Source: Dimorphilus gyrociliatus
Taxonomy: Eukaryota > Animalia > Annelida
Reading direction: 5' to 3'
Assembly: GCA_904063045.1 (NCBI GenBank)
Contig: CAJFCJ010000118.1
Location: 36,723-100,722, forward strand
Length of the DNA: 64,000 nucleotides
Each line of letters opens with the position of its first letter. The stretch's first letter is position 1. The notes beneath the pieces are model-generated. The model saw only the letters and a program-made list of their open reading frames with translations. It was not told the DNA's origin and made no database searches. The position numbers and the translations under genes are program-made. This document shows, one piece after another, positions 11,866 through 23,800 of the stretch.

Positions 11866-13880
11866 ATGGAAAAAAAAGTCTTTCATGATTCTGTGCATGG
11901 TCACATGGGTTTGTAAATTCTTTTACATAAATATGTTGGAATACACTCAGATTGTTGTTTGGTCGCCAATAATGATTTACTCCGATAGGAGACTGTAGGA
12001 AAATAGATTTATATGGTTTTATGAAGTTCGCCACTCATACTGCTGCTCTGTGGGCTGTCTAATGCATCTGCATAGCTGTGAAGGGCGGGGCACTTGTCTA
12101 GAAATGGAATAGCTCTTAAAGTCGGAGTCATTGATTTTGGTGTCCCAGGCAATCAGTATTTTTATTTGTAGTTTTCCTGGGTTTATTGAATCCAGGTATA
12201 TTGTAGATATATGTAGGTAGTAAGCAAGGTTCTTCAATTCTTTCTCATTGTCGCCTACAAGTATAAGGTTGTCTATGTAGAACTCCTAATAATTTCTTTC
12301 TTGGGATTTTTGACACTATGACCATTGACTACATATTAATAAAATATTTATTACAACAGAATTTCATCCTCTATTGATTAAAGTCATTGACACACCTCAA
12401 TTTCAACGTTTACGGCATATCAAACAACTTGGCTCATGTTTTTTGGTTTATCCATCTGCTAATCATAGCAGTTTTGAACACAGTTTAGGAACATGCCATT
12501 TGGCAATTAAACTACTTCAATCGATTAAACAAAATGTTAATCTGGATTTAGCAATTTCAATAACAGAAAGAGACATCTTTTTAGTTTCTCTTGCTGCTCT
12601 TTGCAGAAATTTGGCAAATGCTCCTTTACTTGTAGATTTTAAAAAGAGGTTTCAAGCTGATTTCAAAGTAGATGAAAGGGAGTTATCTGTTAGAATATTT
12701 AATCAAATTATTCAAGAGAATAATTTAAGAGAAGAATTCCATAAAGCATTTGATATCTCTGATGACGACATGATATTTGTTAGAGAGCTGATTTTGCGCC
12801 GAGAAGAAACAACTAAAGAATTTATTCAACTGAATGAAGGAAAGAGAAAGTAAGATAATAAATTAGCTATCAGACTATCTAATTGAAGAAACTTAACTAT
12901 TTATAGATTTCTCTATGATATTATATGGAACAAGAAAAATGGAGTAGATGTTGATATATTTGATTACATTGCAAGAGATTCCTATCATCTAGGAATTAAA
13001 TCATCATTTGATCATTCTCGTTTTATCCAATTGGTAAATGTCATTGAAGATACTAAAGATGGGATTTATAAAATATGCTTAAGAGAAAAAGTATGAGTAA
13101 ATAATTTCTAGATAAAAAATTTTCCCTTCTTGTCAACTTTTATTTTTTTTATCAAGGAAGCAAAGTGCATTTTTGAACTTTTCCATTCAAGATTACTTCT
13201 GCATGATAGAGCTTATCAGCATAAAACTTGCAAAGCTATTGCTCTTATGTAAGTGATATTAATGAATAATTATTTTAATGATTAACAAAATATAAAGATA
13301 TTTTTCCTTGTTTAGGATGTATGATGCATTGATTATGGCAAAGAATAATTCAATATTTCAAATAAAGAATAGAGATGGAGAAATTAAATCTGTAAAATTA
13401 TCTAAAGTATTCACAGACATTGAAGCATTTCACCAATTTACTGATGACATATTTTCTAGAATACTCTATTCTACAGATTCTAATTTGAAAGAGTCTCAAA
13501 AACTTTTACAGAGAATTAGGGAAAGGAAACTTTATCGTTATATTATTGAAGTACAGGCTAAGGATGATGAGGATGAAGATAAAGTAAATAAAATCCTATC
13601 TTCTTGCTTAGGTAATAAAAAGGAGTTAATTACCTGTCACAAAATTGTATTCAATTTTGGTATGAGAGATATTAATCCTGTAAAGAATTTTCTTTTCTAT
13701 GAAAAATCTGAACCAACAAAAATTTTTCATATTCAAGAAGAAAATTTTAAGCAAGTTTTACCCAAAAGTTTCCAAGAAATTAGACTAAGAGTCTATTATA
13801 AAGGAGTTGATGATGGAGAATTTCTTGAAATGAAAAATAAAATTGTTAAAAAATTGGAAAATTATGGCAAGTTAAGTTAA
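11866..13880 (+). CDS. SAMHD1: SAMHD1-like HD-domain protein with substituted catalytic residues; 5 exons (11866-11908, 12360-12849, 12907-13090, 13157-13248, 13316-13880)
   Basis: Motifs [75 protein letters not shown] and RERKLYRY. All introns are GT-AG and in frame. The HD motif reads CRNLANAP instead of CHDLGHGP. An alternative in-frame ATG lies at 11842. Confidence 0.92.
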
Positions 13881-16439
13881 ATTCATTGAAGGATACTGTT
13901 AGAATGAATCCAGTTTAACAAAGAAAAAACAACAGTATATTTACAATGCACTTCTTATTGGTTATCAATCATAAATCTACTCTACACCAGTCTAAATAAT
14001 TGCTGATATTTCAAAGACAATACTCTTTTCTTTTATTACAATGTTTGGATGTGAAATCAACTCTTTGTCCTACTTTTATATATATTTCAAATTTTGTCTT
14101 TTTGTGAATGTTGTTTAAAAAAAATTTAATTAATCTCATTCTATTTTTTCAATAGATTATCTTTTATTTCACATAGAAATTTTAAGAAATTTTTAAAAAT
14201 TTTCAAAATATAAATGAGGCCATTTCTATTTGTTCGGCAAGTATAATATAATTCCAGTAGTTGTAAAATCATCTGCAAAAGATCTTTGTTCATAAAGTGG
14301 CAGAAGACTTTTCAAGATCCTTTGCAACTTTTGATACCATCTTTAAAAACAGATGTGGATTAGCAGGGGATTTTTACTTCATTAACACTTATTAAACACT
14401 TTATTCGTGTCATACTCCTTTTCATCTTCTCTACGTCTATGGTCTTCCTATAGGGAACGGGTAAAATGAAACTTCTTCCATAAGACAATTGCAAGTTGTT
14501 GTAGATATTTTATAATACAATCAAGTTTTGTAATAAAAACTGAAATTTTGATAATGACAAATTCATAAATACATATATTCTTTTCAAATTTGTAATATTT
14601 TCTCTTGAATGGAATCCGTAACCACAACATTAATCAATAATCTTTAACTATAGACTATATTACTACTGGAATAATCTTTAGATTGGAACAACTTCGGGAT
14701 GGTTGTTTGCTCCTCTGCTAATGGAACAGTAGCTCCATCTGTTGGTCTTGATTATTATTAACAGGCAGAATTACTCAATTTTGCATACTGTAGTTGATAG
14801 CAATAAAAGATGAGAGTAAAATGTTGCCATAGTCACAATGACTAAACTTTGAAATGTGTCAATATAATCCCTTACTGACCATTACTGACTATTTTGCAAT
14901 AGTGTTGTTTATACAATATAAAATATATAATGTTCATTTCAAAATGCATCTTTTCTAGATTTGGTGTGCAAAGCTATAAATTTAGATTTTACTTTTTCTT
15001 CAATGAAATTGGATAATCTTTTTGAACAAAAATCTAAAGCATCCTTGTCATTTTTGAGAGAATCTTCTATTTCAGCAAAACTTCCAGATATTTCCATGGC
15101 CTCAGCCAAAATCAAAAAATACATCATTATGTTTTTAAAAGAAAGACCATGTCTTTTGAATATAAGTCCAATACAATTATGATTGAGTATTATACATGGC
15201 TCACAGCACGCAGAAATTAAGCCTACATCCTTATTTATGAAAGGAGTGTACTAAAGATTACTAAAGGGTTTCAGTTGTTTCCTAATACAATCCTAAAAAT
15301 GTTGAAAATTTAGCAGTCAGCTAAAGAGTATCAAAAAGTCAAACTTGACTATCGGTGATTTTTGGACTACTTCAAATTCTAACATTCAATGGCTGAATTG
15401 AATGTTACCAAAATAACTATGCCACTGGTTGATGTGCATTAATTGTGTTAAAATCTAGTACTCAGCTGTTTTATCAGCTATACTTTGTTATATTTTAATT
15501 GTTTTGTTTTTGTTTCAACCAAATTTGCCTTTAATATATCACCTAACCTTGACATTCATCTTTTCTGTGTTCTTTGTTTCTTTGTTAATTCCATACACCT
15601 TTGTGAATAGATTTTCAAGACATATGGGCCTAATAGACACTCCCATATAGGTTATTGTCAAATCCAAATGTTTATGTAAGAAAGTGTCTATTAAACCTTA
15701 TCTCTTGAAAATCTATTCAGTATCCTGTCCTTTGAAGAATCTCATACTAACTGACATTATTTGGGTGAATACCTGACTATGAAGATTTATGGAAAAAAGA
15801 CAAATATTTTAGAATTTTGTTCAATTTTGTCAAACGTCTTGAAATCTGATGGAGAATTATCATTAAAGAAAAAATGTTAAATGGTGAAAGAACTTTTATT
15901 CAAGGAGTTGTCCAGACAAAAGATTCCAATGAAAACTTAACTTCAATGCTTATATTTTTACATGCTGATTTATTAATATGTAACTTGAAATGTTAGATAT
16001 AAAATGCAAAATGTATTTCAGGTTAAAAAGGACAGCTATGACATATCCTTCCAGTCAAGTGTTTACACAAATCACAAAATGCACTGAAAATGTCAGTAAG
16101 AACCTGGAAAAATGAAATTTTTACTTTTTTTTAATTAATGTACAAAGTTGCCTTATAAACTACTTACCTCGCCATTATCTCTCTTTTCAAATTCTCTCCT
16201 TAGTAGCTGATTTGCAACACTTTCATCTACTTCATATGGAAGAGAAAAAACTTGTACAAGAAGGCAAAGAACAAGCACAAGATCACAAATTGATTTCATT
16301 TCTGTTGGTTTTAGGAAAATATGATTGGTGTCAGCCTCTTTATATCAGAATTTTTTTAATGCTGCTGTTACTTTATAGTAATAAAATTACAACTGGTTTT
16401 TCTATAAAGTAACAGCAGCATTAAAAAAATTCTGATATA

Positions 16440-17500
16440 AAGAGGCTAACACCAATCTGGGCTGTAGGCTAGATGAGGCAAGACTACCTGTCCAGTTGTT
16501 CTAAGATATGGAGTAGTTTGTAAGCTTGTATGAGATCTGGCATTATCTTGTAATAAAATCACCTCTTTTCCTGGCCTGATTCTATTGATTCTTTGCTTTA
16601 ATCTCTTTAAAATGCTGTTGTAAATCTCTGAATTTAAAAATTCTAGATGAATAAGCCTTTCACTGTCCCAAAACACACATGCCATCAATTTGTCTGCAGA
16701 CTTACCTGTCTTAACCCTTTTTGGTGGTGGAGAAAACTTTGTTTGACACTCTAAAGAGGGGTTGACAGAAAACGTTCACAAATGAGAAATTTTAGGACAA
16801 AATTTGGATTGAGAAATGGTTAGGCAGAAGAAAACAGCAACTGATTTGTACTTAGGAGGCTCCTCTAAGGGTTAGGGGTAATGCAAAAGGTTAGGTACAG
16901 CTAAGAGCTGGGTTAGGGTTAGGGTAAAAGCACCAATTTGTGGACATTTTCTGTCTAAAGAAGCCCATTTAGTCAATTGTTCATGATAGAATACCCATGT
17001 TTCATTTCCTGTGACAATTTTTGACAAAAAATCCTCTCCTTCTTCACCATATTTTTCTAGGAGTTCTGTAGACCCCTCTACCCTTTTGTCTTTCTGATAC
17101 CAATTAAGTTGGTAGGGAATCCATCTTGAGACAATCTTTCTCATCCCTAGACTGGAAATCAAATCTTCAACAGGAGCATGACCTATGTTCAATGTTTGAG
17201 ATATCTCAGCCTGGCTTATTCTCCTATTATCTCTGATTAGAGCAATAGCTCTCTCCTTATTTTCATTGTTATTGGCTGTTCTTGGGCATCCAGTTGCTTG
17301 TGAATATCAATTGCAGTAACTTGCTGTGACCCAAGAAATTGAATAATTACTCTCTGCTTTATACAATCATCCATACCATGCCACCACTGAAGTCTCAATA
17401 ACTTTTCATTCAGGGATCACAAGTTGTGAAAGTTTTTTAGTGATAGTGCATTAATGAATTCACTTTCTATTAATAATGATAACATAGGCCTACAATGTAC
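16440..17500 (-). mobile_element. Mariner (D,D34D-type) transposase pseudogene, split by a MITE
   Basis: Motifs RKIVSRWIPYQL, IVTGNETWV, SPPPKRVKTGKSADKLMACVFWD, ILLQDNARSH and PHLAYSPD. The frame is restored when 16758-16961 is removed. Confidence 0.9.
16758..16955. mobile_element. Telomere-repeat MITE, copy 2
   Basis: Same TIRs and GGGTTAGGGTTAGGGT core as copy 1. A direct repeat TAAAGA lies at 16752-16757 and 16956-16961. Confidence 0.88.
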
Positions 17501-17677
17501 CGTTTTAAAATTACAGGGAAACAGGTAAAACTTTCAGGGTGAATCTTATATTCATACAAATGTGAAAAAATTGTTTAAGGTAGGTTTAACATACTCTGAA
17601 AAAAGCAAAACCATAGCAATTGCAATGGAAATAGAACATCAAGTTTGAATGTCATTATTTATTTTTACTAGCTATTA

Positions 17678-18538
17678 TTAATATTGATAATTATTTAAGT
17701 CTAAATAAAATGTAGCCCTAAAACTGATGTTAAAAAAGTTACCTGAATGTGCTTTTTTCTATTTTGAAAATGAATTGGATGAATGATGCAAAAAAAATAC
17801 TTATTTAAACCTTTAACATAGAGTACAACTTTCAATGACTTTTTGTAACTGGAACATAAACTTCTCACATAACATCTTCCCTCTTCAACAACATAATCAA
17901 AAAATCTAAAATTATAAAAAATTCTGTTATTTGTTTTGACCCAAAAAAAATATTTTTTAAATTTGTTACAAACTTGCAATTGTCATGTAAATTACATATG
18001 TTTAAACATTCTTCAATAGTAGCAATTTTTGAAAATGAATCCCATTCAGCAGCTACAAAATTTTGATAAACATTTGTTTCAGTATTCTCATAAATTCTCC
18101 AGTTATTTGTTAGGTTTAGTTGTTGAGGATCTTTTACAAATAATATATATCCAGAGACAGTTTGCTTATCAGAATGTGCAGATTTTAAATGGCAATATTT
18201 TGCATCTAAAAGAAAATCAATTGACCTGCAATATATTTGAAAAAAAGTAGTTATTTATTCCCTTTTTCAAATTGAGAATGTTTTAGGTAAAGTTTTCATT
18301 TGACTTTGACCTTAAATTTGTTGTTGAACACTTACTTGCATCTTTCATATAAACTGCATACTCTTAGAAATTCCTCAATTGATTGTACTCTTGTATCCTG
18401 TCCATTCCAAATTGGAACTGAAAGGAGAAAATTAGAAAACACTCTTTGCTTTCCATATTGTCTATAGCCAAAAAATTCTGTTTCAATAGAATTTTCGAAA
18501 TATAGAATGAGATGCAGGAAAATTTTGAATATTTCCAT
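17678..18538 (-). CDS. Secreted protein with two PAN/apple-like domains (approx. exons 18538-18335, ~18225-17975, ~17905-17810, ~17745-17678)
   Basis: Signal-like MEIFKIFLHLILYFENS. The spliced modules VQSIEEFLRVCSLYERCK|SIDFLLDAKYCHLKS and IATIEECLNICNLHDNCK|FFDYVVEEGRCYVRS follow PAN cysteine spacing and have an intron at the same position. Confidence 0.65.
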
Positions 18539-18639
18539 TCTTTCTCTTTTCCAATTAGAATATTTGTCTTGTTTAATTGACTTAAATAGAGAAACTGCAA
18601 AACAGAGTTAATGAATTGTACTTCTCATTAAAGTAAATT

Positions 18640-18745
18640 CAATAAATAACTTGAAAAAAAACATTTTGCAAATGACATATACACTAGCATAATTACTAAT
18701 ACATCACTTTAAACTTTATGAAGACAAAAAATTGATGAGTACCAT
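18640..18745 (+). repeat. Dispersed repeat; together with 19515-19740 it matches 30510-31000
   Basis: AATAACTTGAAAAAAAACATTTTGCAAATGACAT... recurs at 30510. GGAATTGAATGATGAACACCAGTCTAAACTAAAAAAT occurs at both ~19545 and ~30700. Confidence 0.75.
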
Positions 18746-18764
18746 CTCCACATGTGTGAACTAT

Positions 18765-19030
18765 AGAATGACTTTTTTGTTGTAGGAATTATAATGGTGG
18801 AAATTTAGAAAAAGTGTTATTTCATAGGAATTATAATTATGGAGCTTTAGAAAGACTTTTATGTAGTAGAATTAGATTCTAGAACTTTAAAAAGACCTTT
18901 ATTTCTTAGGAAATAGATTCTTTGACCATAACAGGTGGTGCCACTATGGAATTAACAAAGAAACAACAATAAAGAAAAAATGCATGTCAAAAACAGATAC
19001 GGAAGAGGCAGGCTTGTTTTTACAGTGACA
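18765..19030 (+). repeat. Repeat family with ~4 tandem ~40-bp units (CTTTAGAAAGACTTTTATTTCGTAG-like) and a unique tail
   Basis: Homologous copies lie at ~39260-39545 and ~63200-63400. Confidence 0.75.
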
Positions 19031-19199
19031 CATTCATACAAATAAGAAATTTCAAGACTAAATTTTGAATTAAGAAATGGTTAGGAAGAAGAAGAGAGCA
19101 ACTGATTTGTACTTAGGAGGGGTAGTGGAAAAAGTTAGATACAGCCAAGGGCTGGGTTAGGGTTAGGGTAAAAGCACTCATTTGTGGACGTTTTCTGTC
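19030..19199. mobile_element. Telomere-repeat MITE, copy 3 (left TIR decayed)
   Basis: GGGCTGGGTTAGGGTTAGGGTAAAGCACTCATTTGTGGACGTTTTCTGTC is intact. Confidence 0.8.
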
Positions 19200-20850
19200 T
19201 CATCCATCTATACCTAATTCACCTACATTTTACATTTCGACTCGCTCATCATTACTTTAGTTAAAAAGTACAAAATACTGCCAATGTGATTCAAATAAAA
19301 TTTTTCTTTGGAAGATTCTTTCCTCAAACTTACTCATTTACCTTACTATCTTTTTTCTTTTATCTAATGGTATATTTCCCTTTATCCTCCCATTCACAGA
19401 GATTTAATACATGATGAAGCTGACAAGAGATTAGTAATATATTTTGCTTGCCAAATTTTAATGATTGTTCTTTTTCCTTCTACTTTCAATACAATTAGCA
19501 GAGTTTGCATTCATTTAGATTTAGTTTATGTAGAAGAATTTACGGAATTGAATGATGAACACCAGTCTAAACTAAAAAATTTATTCCCTAGAATTTTTGT
19601 GCACTCGTCTCTTGTTCACACTTTCAATAAGATAAAACTGATCTTGAAATTAGAAATACTTATTTAATAGTAGATAGGGTCAATATCATTATGAAAAGGT
19701 TATTAGCATTATTAAAGGTTTGTTATCCTTGGCAAAAACTATGGTTAAATTATAGCTAGAAAGAGAAGACTGTAAGAAAATGCGTAAAATTAAGAGAGCT
19801 GTCTGAAATACTAAAAAGAGGGTTAGGAAAATATTCAGAAAGTTTAGGCAAGATTTACAGTTACAGTTTGAAAATTATGTAGAACTTCTGTGTTAAGGTT
19901 AGGGTTAGTGAGATAAAAGTGTCATTAAATGCTATGATCAATATGCATATCAATGAATAATTAATTAATAAGAGAGATATCTGAAACTTTAAATTACCAT
20001 TTCTATTGTGAACATACTTTAAGTAAATTGGTATGAAAATAACATGGAGATACTTGAATAGGATAAAACAAAGTCTAAGGAAAAGTGTAATATCAAGAAG
20101 ATATTCAAGTGGAAGAAGTGTTAAAAAGTAAAGAATATGAATAGGAATTGACCTTCTCATTATAGTAATCAGTTTTTAATTCTACTGTAATTTAACATTA
20201 CTTTTTGGTCAGCAGTTGGAATGTATTTCCCTTTGAAATTTATTAATGAAATGTACTCAAATAGAATGAATATTCATATATGGAAATGAAAGAGAGGAAG
20301 AAAATGAACTCATAACTTACGTCTTGCAAAACCAACAAGTTTTTAAATTCAAATTTAACAATTCCTCAAAATCTGAACAAAATGAATTCTATATGTTAAA
20401 ATCCAGTATGTTCAATTTCCTCAAAGTGCTTAAAGATCCTGTTTTAAACCCCAAAACCAAACCTAACCCAACAGTAGATAAAGTACTTTCTCCTTTTTTG
20501 TTTCTATCCTTCAATTTGACCTTGAGATAGAATGTAATTAAGGAAATTGTAGTTTTCCTAACCCTGAACCTTACACGCAGAGCATCTTTTTCCTCTATGA
20601 GCGTAGAAAAATAATGTTTTGAATTACAAAGTGCGCATATACGGCTTGTCAGCTGTGGTTTGTCCACATGCATCTGTATTGTTTTTAGAGAGCATTACAA
20701 GAGAGAATGACTGTCATTCGATCTCTCTGTTTAAACAAAAAACCAAAATGAGTGATCTGTAAAGCACAACAACATAAAAAGTATAAAATATCATCTTGTG
20801 TTACTAAAAGCATCTCAGCATTTTACTTGGATAAAACATTTGATTTTGTA

Positions 20851-23800
20851 ATGACTAATAGAAAATTTCTCTATTTTTTCTCATTTATTCTCCAATACAG
20901 TTTCTTAAGGAAATCTGTTCTAAGTCTCTTTGAATGTAAAATGGAAAGAAAAAATTTATCTCTCCATTTTTTAAATGAAATATATAGCTATTCAATAAAA
21001 CCTCTGGTGGAAGATGATTACTCAGTTTATGGAAAGTTACAGATTAGAATTCAGCCTATAAATCAAACTGAATACGTAGCGTTTCAATCTCGAATATCTG
21101 ATATAGATATGAAAAAATTATGCCAACATATGGGGTTTGATAATATACACTTTTTTGCACAGAGCTGTAAGCCTAGCGGAGGTAATAGTCATTTTTTTTT
21201 CAAAACTATACTACTTTGCTGTAGCCTACTGTAATGAAAATTCACAGAAATGTTGACAATAATACCTAAGCGAACTTGGTATAATGTTGTTATACTGTAT
21301 GTATGAAAATGTTGAAAATTTGTATAATAAACATCATATTCTATTAATAGACACAGGATATTAAAAAATTCAGGCAATTCTCAATCATTTTGCATTAAAT
21401 GTTTTAAAATTAAAAAACCATGTAAAATCATAAATTCTTTGAGTACTTTTACATTAAATTTTCACTTTTTTTCCAGATCTTTTTGCCATCACCTTTTCAT
21501 TAAATCAAGAAAAATTTATTTTAATGACAAGATTTAATAAAACTAATTATAGAGTTGAAGTTGAAAATAAAAAAATGGATGAACGCCATAATGAAATTTG
21601 TGGTAGAACGCAATTCTTTAAAAGAAATTTTAATGAAAAAGCAATAAATGATGAAAATTCTACAATTTATGATTTCGGAAATGAATTATTTAGATTAAAT
21701 AAATTGAATAAATCTTCAAATCTCATTCAGATATTTTGTAAATTTCACCAATTGAAAGGTAAAATAAAAAAAGAGATTTATTTCAATGTGCACTAAATTT
21801 CCCATTCTTCTTTCCTAACAGATGTCACTATTGTACTGAACATGCCTGAATTTTATAGGAAAAATTTCTTTCCCCAATTATCAAATAGTACAATTACTCC
21901 TATAATTAAATCAAAAACCTATGGCTTTTTACCGATTGGCTATGAAAAACGTTCCGATACTGTTAACTTTGCCAGAGTTTTATGTAAACTTGATGGGAAA
22001 ATTGCAGCACCAGTTAAACACCTAGTTTATATTAGACCAGTTCAAGTAAATATCAAAATTTTCAATACTACATTAACTTGATACAGTAGCTTCTGGGCGG
22101 GCAGAAAATACTTTATGGGTTAAAGTAACTAGGTGGGCTGAAAGTTTTCATTGAGAAAAATAAATAGGACAAAAGTAAAATCATAAAATTTGTGGACACC
22201 TTCTTTTGCACATCACCCCCCGCCCCTTCCCTTATTGACCCACTTATCTCTAAAATTCAACAGTTGAGGCATATCGCTCATTGCCCATTTATGAATCAGC
22301 ACATGGATGAAACTGATAGTGTTTTTTTGAAATTTTGTAAGTGGGACAATTCAGAGCTTTGGGAATGTGAATTATATGATGCAAATGGAATGTCTTCCCA
22401 CCATGTGCAACCTATATGTGAAAAGAGCTTAAACTCTTCAAGTAACTATCATAATTAGAACATACTTGCCCAGATAGAATAAACGTGTTTTTACAAATAG
22501 ATTGGGATGTACGCTTATTTTACAATCTAAAACATTCTCTGTATAATAAAGAAATGAACCATAATAAAGGAACGGTCACTGGAATCTTTCAAGTGTTCTT
22601 CAACAACTATTGGTATACACCGGATATAATTGATATGAGATATCCGGAAGTGATGGCAATATGTAAATATTTTGGCTATAAAGGCGGAACAATTTTAGAA
22701 AAATTGCCATACAGCGCATTAACTAATCAAATTATTCGTATGGAATGCAACAGCAGTATCTCATTGATTGATAATTGTACTTTTACAAATGAAGCTTATA
22801 ATGGGTTAGAAAATATTTAATTTAATTCTACAAAAAAATCAATCAACCATTCAATAATAACCGTGTTTTTTAGCGATGCTAATGTAGTGGTGGCAATTCA
22901 ATGCAGAGACAATACAAACATAGCTGGTTTGTCTTTGGAATAATTTCTAGTTTTTTGTGGGTAAAACTACTCTTATTTTTTTAATATTTTATTTTAGAAT
23001 GTTCAGCAAACAAGATGGCAGATTCGTATTCTTTCGGCGATTCTTGTTTTCTTCTATTTAAAACTAAGAGAATGAAATCTATAAATGATATTAAAACAAT
23101 TTGCAAGAAATTCAATACAACCTTGCCAAATTTTTCACTCAATGAATACCGGTTTGTAATCAGTTTAAAGAATCGAAATATTTACAGAGATAGCTTTTAT
23201 CCGAGTTTGTCAGCTTCAAAATATAGAAATGGTCTACCAGGACGTAAATATAGACAAGAAGAGCTTTCCTTTTCATTTCCGTATTGAATATTTTCTTTTT
23301 CTATTTTGAATTTAGATTTAAAATTGAAAAAAGACAAAAGAAATCGAGAATTTCTAGTTTTTTCCGATGATAAACCTTTCGAAATGGCAAACGTTTTATC
23401 TTTAACAAGGGAATCTTTTGTAAAATTCTCTATGATTTTCCATAAAAAAAGTTGAAAACTTTAAAACTTCTCTGTTGAAATTCTAGGAGGACGCTTATTG
23501 TCTTTCGCATTTAGAAAGTCGAGAAACGAAACTGTTGAGTAGAACCGAGAGATGTTTTACAACTGTACATACTAGCTTATATAAGAGAAATGTTCAGGGA
23601 ATTTCACTAAGGGGAACAAACTGTAATGTTAAAATATTTTCAAAATTCGCTTGCAAAGACGTCTATGGTGCGGATATATTCATTCAATGAGGATGATTAG
23701 CATTGATTTTCTTCTAAAATTATAGGAACTAGAAAAGGATCATTAGCCAATTACGAAGAATTAAATATCGAGACTGTTTTAAAATGTCCTAATAAGACAT

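Noticed and set aside
11960-12250. GC-richer insert in SAMHD1 intron 1 with faint resemblance to a tyrosine-recombinase C-terminus (FKSYS...WRTS)
   Set aside because: Too few residues match to support a DIRS or Crypton call without a profile search.
14260-14680. Short inverted repeat ATTCCAGTAGT / ACTACTGGAAT bounding ~400 bp
   Set aside because: Only 11 bp, a single copy and no clear TSD, which is insufficient for a MITE call.
14939-15960. Short open frames (LAEAMEISGS...; WRIIIKEKML...)
   Set aside because: They are unassignable fragments with stops.
19861-20160. Hydrophobic 99-aa ORF
   Set aside because: AT-rich codon bias readily gives F/I/L-rich frames, and there are no motifs or splice support.
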